From assembly GCA_001820685.1 (NCBI GenBank), contig MHQP01000014.1, positions 1 to 53,164 on the forward strand: 53,164 bases of DNA. Reading direction: 5' to 3'. Shown one piece after another: positions 10,466 to 18,277 of the stretch. A model generated the notes under the pieces. That model saw only the letters and a list, made by a program, of their open reading frames with translations. It had not been told where the DNA came from and ran no database searches. How positions within the stretch are numbered: the first letter of the stretch is position 1; each line of letters starts with the position of its first letter. The DNA comes from Candidatus Sungbacteria bacterium RIFCSPLOWO2_01_FULL_47_32 (lineage in GTDB: Bacteria; Patescibacteriota; Minisyncoccia; Sungbacterales; GWA2-42-14). Made by a program: the position numbers and the translations under genes.

Positions 10466-11545
10466 ATGTGGCGGCTAGTGATGTCCAGGCGGCTCATCGC
10501 AGTTATATTGCTTATTATTGTGCCATTAGTGTTTGCCGGATGCATCTCATCTGCACAACTTTCTTCTCCGGACTTTTCAAAACTTTATAAAAAGACGCAG
10601 GAAAGCGTCGTACAGATCAAAACCAAGAAGTATGTAGACGAGAAAGACGGCCTCCGCATTGAAAGACATGCCGCAAGCGGAGTCGTGATGGCGTCACGGC
10701 GCATTGCCGAAAACAGATTTGAAACCCGCGTGTTGACCAATTTTCATGTTGTACGAAATCAGGATGAACTATATGTACACACAGCAGACGGAAAACAATA
10801 TCGGGCAACGATACTCGGATACGATGAACTCCGCGACCTGGCATCCCTCACCATGACGACATCGCAGCAATTGCAACCGGTCGTTCTCGGCGAATCGGAA
10901 AAACTTAACATCGGAGATTGGGCGTATCTGATCGGAAATCCACTTGGGATTCCGTGGAGCCTGTCAGTTGGGCGGATAGGCAACATCGGCAAAAATCCGT
11001 TGTATGATACAATACAGTTCGACGGCGGATTGAACAAGGGCAATTCCGGAGGAGCGCTCTTCAACACAAAGGGAGAGCTGGTCGGCATTTCGCATCGTGT
11101 TGGCGGCGACAATATCGGCTTTGCCATATCTGCAAGAATAGTAAAGCAGTTGTGGCCCGCGCTTGAACGTGGAGAAGTTGTGTCCCACGGATATATCGGG
11201 GTAACACTCACAGAAATCGGATGGCTTGACCAAGCCACTGCTCGCGCCCTTGGCCTATCGTATCCGCCGCAGATCGAGATTGGCGTGGTCATATCAGATG
11301 TTGTTCCTTATTCATCAGCTTTTTTTGCAGGACTAATGGTTGGAGATATCATCGTAGCAATTGCAAGAACTAAAATAACGACGGTCGAGGATGCGCAGGA
11401 TGCCATTGCGAGAAGTGGGCCCGGAACGCAAATTTTGCTGACGATAATACGCGGCAACTTAGTGAAAGATTTTATCATGCCGGTAGAATCCGCCCCTGTA
11501 TCAGGAAACAAGGGGCCCGCAGACGCTGCGCTAAAAAATTCTTAA
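10466..11545 (+). CDS. HtrA/DegQ-like trypsin serine protease with PDZ domain, probable lipoprotein
   Basis: Catalytic motifs LTNFHVV, RDLA and GNSGG; lipobox-like VFAGC; C-terminal PDZ (GLMVGDIIVAI). Confidence 0.9.
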   Translation: MWRLVMSRRLIAVILLIIVPLVFAGCISSAQLSSPDFSKLYKKTQESVVQIKTKKYVDEKDGLRIERHAASGVVMASRRIAENRFETRVLTNFHVVRNQDELYVHTADGKQYRATILGYDELRDLASLTMTTSQQLQPVVLGESEKLNIGDWAYLIGNPLGIPWSLSVGRIGNIGKNPLYDTIQFDGGLNKGNSGGALFNTKGELVGISHRVGGDNIGFAISARIVKQLWPALERGEVVSHGYIGVTLTEIGWLDQATARALGLSYPPQIEIGVVISDVVPYSSAFFAGLMVGDIIVAIARTKITTVEDAQDAIARSGPGTQILLTIIRGNLVKDFIMPVESAPVSGNKGPADAALKNS

Positions 11546-11650
11546 ACCCAGCAATGGGTTTTTCTATTTCTTGTTCTTGCGCGAGTATTACTGCTTGGCC
11601 TGTTTCAAACGAGAAAACAAAATCCACCAAAATTGGGTGAATTTTTGTTC

Positions 11651-11901
11651 CTGAATACGGCACTCAGCCGGTATGACGTGGACGTAATGAGGTTTGGAAT
11701 AGTTCGAGACCTTGGAGGGTCAAAACGACCCATCAAGGACACACTGAACTTTTCTCCAACACTGGCCACATCGGTATCGAACTTCCACCAGCGAGACCGT
11801 TAGTGGCTTTTTGAGCGGTTACTCCCCTCTCCTTATTAAGGGGTCTCGGTAGGGGTCAATTTTTATATCTTATCAAAAATGAGACAAATGAGACACTACC
11901 C
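11651..11901. repeat. Copy 1 of a ~251-bp structured non-coding repeat
   Basis: Near-identical to 13846-14096 (about 15 differences by eye); several stems; flanked by hairpins. Confidence 0.9.
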
Positions 11902-12021
11902 CTAAAAAGGATTTTGTGTCTCTTTTTCGGTTAAATAAAAAAGAAAGCCGTCGAATCTCATCAACGGTTTCTTTAATCCTTTTTCTTCTGATTGACGAGG
12001 GAACTGTTTTCCACCGAAGAA

Positions 12022-12363
12022 CTAAAAATCTGACAACCTCGCTTTTATTAATTCAAGTAGTTCGTGTTCGGTTTTATAAATTCCGTGACGTGAAAAAACC
12101 AAAATACGGCAAATCTCATTCTCTAGAATTTCAAAAATAACTCGATAGCCCTGCGATTTTCCAATATTCTCCTTTAACGGCACAACCCGCGCTTTATAAA
12201 CTTCTCTGCTGCCAAAACCCGGAAACCTGTCTATTCCGGGAGTTTCCCGCACTCCTTTCACACTAAAAAAACGCTCCCATGCCTCCAGTGATTCGAGTGG
12301 AGCCGAGAAGCGTTTTAATTTCCTAATATCATTTTCAATTGCATCATGCCTGCAAATTTCCAT
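12022..12363 (-). CDS. RelE/ParE-like putative toxin
   Basis: Small basic protein with VYKARV..GKSQGYRVIF (RelE-like GKSGGYRV pattern), 5 bp downstream of the antitoxin. Confidence 0.65.
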   Translation of the reverse strand: MEICRHDAIENDIRKLKRFSAPLESLEAWERFFSVKGVRETPGIDRFPGFGSREVYKARVVPLKENIGKSQGYRVIFEILENEICRILVFSRHGIYKTEHELLELIKARLSDF

Positions 12364-12368
12364 ACATG

Positions 12369-12866
12369 CTAGAGTTTTGCCATTTCAGCATATTTATTCC
12401 TGTAATACGCCAAATTGTAGTCAATAACATCATTGGGCTTAGTGGCAATCCAAGGAGCTTCTCCATGACTGGCGTTTTTCATTTCTGAGCCAGAAAATTT
12501 TTCCCATTTATCGGCAATTTCCTCGAGCATTACCAGTTCTTCTTTTGAAAAAACTTGGATATCAAAACTTTTTATTGCTTCAATGTGTTGCTGGTCGTTA
12601 TAGCCAGGGCCAATCGTTCTCTTCACTATTCTGATATCTTTTCCCGTCATATTTTTGATCATCTTCTCGCCCATTCTTGGCACAGGACCATTTTCAAAAC
12701 GTAAATATTCGTCGCCAGTTACCGTGTTGCCATACTTTTCAAAAAAATCAAAATCAAGAAAATAAAGAAGCTTCATCAATTTAAGCTTCCCGAGGGTGCC
12801 GTTTTGAATCTTATTTGCGAAGAATAAAATGGCGTTTTTATACTTTTTTTCGTTTATTTTGGCCAT
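12369..12866 (-). CDS. Panacea-domain (DUF4065/SocA/GepA-like) antitoxin
   Basis: KLKLMKLLYFLDF, NGPVP, and SEMKNASHGEAPW motifs. Start set at MAKINE. Confidence 0.8.
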   Translation of the reverse strand: MAKINEKKYKNAILFFANKIQNGTLGKLKLMKLLYFLDFDFFEKYGNTVTGDEYLRFENGPVPRMGEKMIKNMTGKDIRIVKRTIGPGYNDQQHIEAIKSFDIQVFSKEELVMLEEIADKWEKFSGSEMKNASHGEAPWIATKPNDVIDYNLAYYRNKYAEMAKL

Positions 12867-13380
12867 TTTTATTACATTATTATACTCTACAGACATTATA
12901 TCATAATTAACGGTAAAGGCAAAAATTCCGGACGATTTTGGCAAACATACCCAAAACCAAAATTAACGTTATTTAATATCTTTTTCGGGCGAATCCTAAA
13001 AACATGTGTCTCCTGAACAAAATCCGAACTTTTTACCAAACCAATCCGAGCGAGGACTAATCTGCGCGCTTCGTCCGCTCCCTTCGGTCGCGGGAGCAAA
13101 AACCAAAAATTTTCCTTACCTTTCTTCTTTTCCTCGGCGGAGGGTGTGGGGGGAGCCGACAAAAAATGGAAATGAAATTTTTGGTTTTGCTTCGCCGCTT
13201 CAGACTACAAAATGAGCTAGTTCTATTTTATCACTTAGGGTGATACCTTGTCGCTCATTTCTCCGTCCTTGCGGCGAGACGAGGCGCTTCCTCTCGGCGT
13301 TTGGTGGTAACTCGAAAATCTGTGGCTTCGGTAGCGAACAGTGGTAATGAAAAAGGGCGCACATCTCCGAAGAGTTGTGC

Positions 13381-13440
13381 GCCTAATGAAAGAAAAATTT
13401 GTATAACCTCTTTTCCTGAAAGAGTCTTAAGTTTTGGCAT
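13381..13440 (-). pseudogene. hicA: Truncated HicA toxin fragment
   Basis: MPKLKTLSGKEVIQIFLSLG overlaps the hicB stop and then diverges before the GSH catalytic motif. Confidence 0.65.
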
Positions 13441-13657
13441 ATGACGGTTCAATCTCAAAACTTGCGAGTACCGATGGTTTTTCGATCAAATCGAAATCAG
13501 CGGGATTTTCATCCTCAAGCTGTAATGCGATAGCTTCTTTCAAGTTTTCAGAAAGTTCGTCAAGCGTTCTACCTTGCGTCACCACCGGCAAGTCAACGCA
13601 TTCCGCTACATAATGCGTATCACCTTTAAATACGTGTACCTGTATGATTTTTTTCAT
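13427..13657 (-). CDS. hicB: HicB family antitoxin
   Basis: YVAECVDLPVVTQGRTLDELSENLKEAIAL. Confidence 0.85.
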   Translation of the reverse strand: MKKIIQVHVFKGDTHYVAECVDLPVVTQGRTLDELSENLKEAIALQLEDENPADFDLIEKPSVLASFEIEPSYAKT

Positions 13658-13807
13658 GCGTTAAGTATAGCACATATTTGAATTAAGTACAAATGACGTA
13701 AACCGCCGATTTGGCTGTTTTTTTGAAAGTTGACCCGCCTTGGATTCGAACTAAAAAATTAGAATTTTTTTGAGAGTACATGGTTGCAAGAATACGAAAC
13801 GAGCCCT

Positions 13808-13845
13808 AAAACAGAAAACCATCGATTTCTCGATGGTTTTCTGTT
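13808..13845 (-). terminator. Hairpin/terminator abutting repeat copy 2
   Basis: AACAGAAAACCATCGA-tttc-TCGATGGTTTTCTGTT, with a U-tract on the minus strand. Confidence 0.65.
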
Positions 13846-14096
13846 CTGAATACGGCGCTCAGCCGGTATGCCGTGACGGAATGAGATTTTGATAAGTTCG
13901 AGACCTGGGAGGGTCAAAACGACCCATCAAGGACACGCTGAACTTTTCTCCAACACTGGCCACATCGGTATCGAACTTCCACCAGTGAGACCGTTGTGGC
14001 TTTTTGAGCGGTTACTCCCCTCTCTCCCTATTAAGGGGTCTCGGTAGGGGTCAATTTTTATATCTTATCAAAAATGAGACAAATGAGACACTACCC
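13846..14096. repeat. Copy 2 of the ~251-bp structured non-coding repeat
   Basis: Direct repeat of 11651-11901. Confidence 0.9.
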
Positions 14097-14172
14097 ATGG
14101 AAGCCCTGGGTGTCTCATACTTTTCAATTAGAGGCCTACCACGTTGTTCTTGCGCGATTTTTTGCGCGATTC

Positions 14173-14201
14173 TTGCGCTATTTAAAAATATGCGCTATAC
14201 T
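14173..14201 (+). promoter_or_regulatory. Promoter of the Fic gene (probably leaderless)
   Basis: TTGCGC-N17-TATACT, 8 nt before the ATG; TTGCGC also occurs at 14150 and 14162. Confidence 0.5.
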
Positions 14202-14209
14202 GTCAATAT

Positions 14210-15268
14210 ATGTTCAATCCTGATTATAAACTCACTGACAAAATCGTCAATCTGCTTACCGCCATAGCAGAAGCAAAAGCGGTTATTAGTCGCGCTAAAC
14301 TTCTTCCAAAACAGGAGTTGCGGTTAAGACGCCAAGCATTAATCAGAATGACTCATGCCTCCACAAAAATTGAGGGCAATATTTTAAATATTCATCAGGT
14401 GGAAGCAATTGTACAGCATAAGAAAATAGATGCTCCGGCTAGAGATATATATGAGGTAGAAAATTATCTTAAAGCACTGCGCTATATCGGTAAGATCGTA
14501 GAGGGCAAACAAACTATTACGGAAAAGGAGGTCTTAAGAATTCATAAGCTTGTTACTGATAAAACTCTACCAGAAGAACAATCAGGGCATTATCGTCAAG
14601 GACCGGTTTATGTCGTTCGCCGGAGACTGGGTATGCCCGATGAGATTATCTACACGGCGGCTGATACCAAAGAAGTACAATCTCTTATGCACGCTTTAGT
14701 TGAATGGATACAAAAAACGGAAAAAGAAGATATTCATCCCATCATCGTTGCAGGCGTAGCCCATCAACAATTTGCCGCAATTCACCCATTTAGCGATGGA
14801 AATGGCCGTACTGCGCGGGCTCTGGCTACGCTTATTCTATACCAGCGCGATTATGATTTCCGCCGCCTTTTTGCACTCGAGGATTATTACAATAAAGATC
14901 GTCCTCAATATTACAAATACATCAACGTCGGAAAGAATTATAAAGAACGAAGAACCGATTTTACTCCGTGGCTTGAGTACTTCGTAAAAGGATTTAAAGA
15001 AGAAATCGATAACGTGAAATCGAAAGTAATTTCTCTCGCCGGAAGAAAGGTCGGCAAAGAAATTGATTCGCAGATTTTTCTCGACAAGGAACAGTTGAAA
15101 ATAATCGAATTTCTCGAACAAATGAGGAGGATTACGGTGCAAGACGCGTTGGATATTCTTGAATGCCCAAGAAGAACTGCGCAATTGCATCTTCAAAAGT
15201 TGAAAAAAATAAAGATGATTCGGCAGGTCGGCAAAGGACCTTCGTCGGCCTATACACTTGTGAAATAG
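14210..15268 (+). CDS. Fic family protein with C-terminal winged HTH
   Basis: HPFSDGNGRTAR Fic motif; STKIEGN inhibitory-helix motif; C-terminal RRTAQLHLQKL..GKGPSSAY. Confidence 0.93.
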   Translation: MFNPDYKLTDKIVNLLTAIAEAKAVISRAKLLPKQELRLRRQALIRMTHASTKIEGNILNIHQVEAIVQHKKIDAPARDIYEVENYLKALRYIGKIVEGKQTITEKEVLRIHKLVTDKTLPEEQSGHYRQGPVYVVRRRLGMPDEIIYTAADTKEVQSLMHALVEWIQKTEKEDIHPIIVAGVAHQQFAAIHPFSDGNGRTARALATLILYQRDYDFRRLFALEDYYNKDRPQYYKYINVGKNYKERRTDFTPWLEYFVKGFKEEIDNVKSKVISLAGRKVGKEIDSQIFLDKEQLKIIEFLEQMRRITVQDALDILECPRRTAQLHLQKLKKIKMIRQVGKGPSSAYTLVK

Positions 15269-15277
15269 TTATATCGA

Positions 15278-16000
15278 TTAAAGTTTTAAGAGCGGCGCTT
15301 CCCAACCGAAACACGTCTCTTTGTCTTTTAACATTTTGAATGCTTTTGTGCAGGAGGCATTAAGTTTTGCATATTCTTTAAGCACCTGAACAGTTTCTTC
15401 AATCAGACCGCCGACGGTACCGTCGGAATCATCAACACCGCTTCGGCAAAGTTTGTCATCAAGCCTCAAGAGCAAATCAATGAGTAATTTTGCGGTTTGT
15501 TCGCTCACCGGCAATTCTGAAATGATTTTTGACAAACGATTGCATCCTTCCGAAAGAGAACTCTGGTATGAAAACCAAATTCGGGAAGGTCCATTATATG
15601 GCTTAATATATTTCATGGCGCCAGTGATTGATTTTTTTACTGCGGATAACCCGGCGTTACTTAATTCTTCCAACCGGCCACTGCAAGTGGCTTGAGAAAC
15701 GAGCTGCTTATCCTTCTCACTCAATTTTTTACCATCCATCACCGCATGAATTGCTACCGCCACCATATGTTTACAAAGCGTATCATTCTGACCAAGATAG
15801 CATTCGCAATGACCGTAGTCATAGCGGCGCGCCTCCACTGAAACTCGATACGGTTTTGTGCCCAGCACTATAGCTGAATAGTTGCCGATACCCTCTTCGA
15901 TCTGTGTTACTTTTCCATACTCGTATAAGCCAACTGCCTTTTCAAAAGTCAGCCTGTCGGTTGCAAATTTAATTTTATCCAAATCATATGAAGGCTTCAT
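15278..16000 (-). CDS. SWIM zinc-finger protein
   Basis: CECYLGQNDTLCKH (CxC..CxH). Start set at MKPSY because the longer ORF would overlap a tRNA exon. Confidence 0.75.
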   Translation of the reverse strand: MKPSYDLDKIKFATDRLTFEKAVGLYEYGKVTQIEEGIGNYSAIVLGTKPYRVSVEARRYDYGHCECYLGQNDTLCKHMVAVAIHAVMDGKKLSEKDKQLVSQATCSGRLEELSNAGLSAVKKSITGAMKYIKPYNGPSRIWFSYQSSLSEGCNRLSKIISELPVSEQTAKLLIDLLLRLDDKLCRSGVDDSDGTVGGLIEETVQVLKEYAKLNASCTKAFKMLKDKETCFGWEAPLLKL

Positions 16001-16124
16001 AAAATTTACTTGGGTCGAATCCAAGAAACGAGCGGCGCTAATGTTCGAACGCATCCTAGTCGCCTTAGCGACGTAGGCGTCTCGATCTCCTGAATTAGCA
16101 TGTGCTGACTGCGGGACTTGGATT

Positions 16125-16312
16125 TTCACCCCGTTAGATACAGCAATATAATATTTAATATACTTCCAAGCAGCGCTGCGGGACCTGGATTCGAACCAAG
16201 ATACCCGCCTCCAGAGGGCGGTGTCCTACCGTTAGACGATCCCGCAGCGCTGCCAACAAGACAGAATCTCTGAAATAATTTCTCTACATTTAATTTTAAG
16301 CATCTAACGGGG
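16125..16312. mobile_element. 188-bp IR-bounded insertion in the T-loop of the outer tRNA-Gln, carrying a tRNA-Gln
   Basis: 11-bp inverted repeat CCCCGTTAGAT (16129-16139) / ATCTAACGGGG (16302-16312). Mobility is inferred. Confidence 0.65.
16176..16246 (-). tRNA. Inner, intact tRNA-Gln(CTG)
   Basis: TGCGGGATCGTCTAACGGTAGGACACCGCCCTCTGGAGGCGGGTATCTTGGTTCGAATCCAGGTCCCGCAG forms a full cloverleaf; CCA is not encoded. Confidence 0.95.
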
Positions 16313-16513
16313 CGAACCAAGATACCATGCTCCAGAGGCATGTGTCCTACCATTAGACGATCCCGCAATACGTAAACTATGTTAGAGGTTCACCAACGTC
16401 TTTCGTATATGAAATACCGTAAGGCGAAACCGCCTTTGGCTCACAATAATTTTAATAAACAAAAAGAATCTTTAACCTCTAACGTGGTAAAAGCGCCTGT
16501 TACGGCGCCTTTT

Positions 16514-16542
16514 ATAGTAGCATGAAAAAGATTGTTTTTCAA
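16514..16542 (-). promoter_or_regulatory. Promoter upstream of the tRNA-Gln locus
   Basis: TTGAAA-N17-TACTAT with an extended -10 TG. Confidence 0.5.
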
Positions 16543-16544
16543 TA

Positions 16545-17438
16545 TTAAACTCTCAAGTACCGGTGCACCGCGATAAAGCTTGAAAAAACTCCGAGAACAA
16601 CTCCAACTCCGATAAGAATTCCACCGAACTGAAGCAGATGTTGCTGATAATACACATGCATATCAATAGATGGGATCACGACAAGGAGCTTGGGAGAAAC
16701 AACCCAGAGAACCGGATAGAAAAGTATAGCGGCAAGGCCCCCGGACGCAATTCCGTGCATAACACCTTCAAACAAGAACGGCCCGCGGATGAACCATGAG
16801 GAGGCCCCGACAAGGCGCATGATATTTATTTCTTCCCTGGCTGACCAGATAGCAATGCGAATTGTGTTGAACGCAACAAGCATGGCAATGGCCGCAAGAA
16901 CAAATATGACGGCAAGTCCGGAATTCCTCACGCCCGCCAAAATTCCGGAGAGGCGGTCGATGACAACCTGATTTTCGTAATAGTTGATCTTATCAACGAT
17001 AGGATATTTTTTATTCTGAAGATAATCGGCGACATCCTGGAGTTTTGTCGGGTCTTTTGCTTTGATATTCAACGTTGCTTCAAGCGGATTTTGGTCAAGC
17101 TCTCCCAACGCATTGATGATGGTTGCGTCATTTTTATGACGGTCTTTGAATTCCGCAAGTACTGCGTCCTGTGAAATATAAGAAACTTCTTTTACGTCGC
17201 TCAATGCCTCAAGACTGTTTTTGATATTCATAATGTCGGACTCGCTCGAATTCGGATAAAAATACACGGCGATGTCTATTTTCCCTTCAAGGTCTCCGAG
17301 AACAACCTGTGCCGCAACCCCCATCAAAATGAGCCCACCAATGACAAACAAGGTCAAGGTCATGACTAAAATGGTGGCGGTTGAAAGCCAGCCGTTCCTC
17401 ACGAACGATACCCAGCTGTTCTTGATAATGCGCTTCAA
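16545..17438 (-). CDS. ftsX: Cell division permease FtsX
   Basis: RNGWLS, NPLEA, NTIRIAI, EINIMRLVGASSWFIRGPFLFEG; directly follows ftsE. Confidence 0.92.
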   Translation of the reverse strand: MKRIIKNSWVSFVRNGWLSTATILVMTLTLFVIGGLILMGVAAQVVLGDLEGKIDIAVYFYPNSSESDIMNIKNSLEALSDVKEVSYISQDAVLAEFKDRHKNDATIINALGELDQNPLEATLNIKAKDPTKLQDVADYLQNKKYPIVDKINYYENQVVIDRLSGILAGVRNSGLAVIFVLAAIAMLVAFNTIRIAIWSAREEINIMRLVGASSWFIRGPFLFEGVMHGIASGGLAAILFYPVLWVVSPKLLVVIPSIDMHVYYQQHLLQFGGILIGVGVVLGVFSSFIAVHRYLRV

Positions 17439-17577
17439 AGTTTGAAAAACACTAATTACTAAGCACTAAAACCTAATCTGATAGTAGCCCCTCAAATAAG
17501 AAAAATCAAATAGGGCTAGGTTTTGGAAATTAGAGTTTGAAATTTGTTTAGAAATTAGAATTTCGAATTTAGAAATT

Positions 17578-18258
17578 TTAAATGACATACTTGCCTTTTT
17601 CCTCGTCCCGCACAACCTCTCCCTTCTCCATCGTAATGACGCGGCGTCCGAGTTCGTCCACAACTTCTTTGTTGTGGGTTGCGAGAATAATGGTCGTGCC
17701 AAGCTCATTTATCTTCAAAAGAAGCTTAATAATGTCGATGGACGTGATGGGGTCAAGGCTTCCCGTCGGTTCATCCGCCATAATAACTTCCGGCCGATTC
17801 ACGAGCGCCCTCGCAATGGCAACGCGCTGTTTTTCCCCCCCTGAAAGCTCATGCGGAAAATTATCCGCTTTGTCCAAAAGCCCGACAAGGCCGAGTGCTT
17901 CTGGAACGTCTTCCCGGATATCCGAATCTTTCGCTCCGGCGGCTTCCATCGCAAATGCGACGTTTTCGAAAGCAGTTTTATTCGGAAGAAGCTTATAATC
18001 CTGAAAAACAGTCCCAATGCGCCTCCGGACCTTTGGAAGTTCGCCGTATCCGAGGCTCGTTACTTCAAGCCCGTCAAGAAAAATCTTTCCTTCCGTCGGT
18101 TTTTCTTCGGCAATAAGAAGTTTTAAAAGCGTTGATTTCCCCGCACCCGATGCTCCCACAACCGAAACAAATTCTTTCGGCAGAATGCGAAGATTCACAT
18201 TTTTCAATGCGAACTGGGTCGGCGTATAAATTTTTGAAATGTTGTCGAAGACTATCAC
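17578..18258 (-). CDS. ftsE: Cell division ATP-binding protein FtsE
   Basis: GASGAGKST, VFQDYKLL, LSGGEKQRV, ADEPTG. Confidence 0.93.
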   Translation of the reverse strand: MIVFDNISKIYTPTQFALKNVNLRILPKEFVSVVGASGAGKSTLLKLLIAEEKPTEGKIFLDGLEVTSLGYGELPKVRRRIGTVFQDYKLLPNKTAFENVAFAMEAAGAKDSDIREDVPEALGLVGLLDKADNFPHELSGGEKQRVAIARALVNRPEVIMADEPTGSLDPITSIDIIKLLLKINELGTTIILATHNKEVVDELGRRVITMEKGEVVRDEEKGKYVI

Positions 18259-18277
18259 GGCTTACCGGTCTATTATC

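Larger units (their letters stand above)
16109..16367 (-). tRNA. Outer, interrupted tRNA-Gln(CTG): 5' part 16313-16367, 3' part 16109-16124
   Basis: Joining the parts gives TGCGGGATCGTCTAATGGTAGGACACATGCCTCTGGAGCATGGTATCTTGGTTCG|AATCCAAGTCCCGCAG, 71 nt, with intact acceptor, anticodon and T stems. Confidence 0.85.

Noticed and set aside
11651-11901. Repeat as tmRNA or RNase P RNA (contains CCACCA, and GGAGAAAAGTTC on the minus strand)
   Set aside because: No tRNA-like T-arm/acceptor geometry and no complementary P4 strands.
11651-14096. Repeat pair as DGR template/variable repeats or a CRISPR array
   Set aside because: Differences are not adenine-specific, neither copy lies in a CDS 3' end, there are only two long copies, and no reverse transcriptase or cas gene is in the window.
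16125-16312. tRNA inserts as group I or group II introns
   Set aside because: Only about 90-120 nt remain once the inner tRNA is removed, no catalytic core motifs are recognisable, and neither insert is in the anticodon loop.
16126-16368. 80-aa ORF here, and the 121-aa ORF at 19615-19980
   Set aside because: They are translations across tRNA genes.
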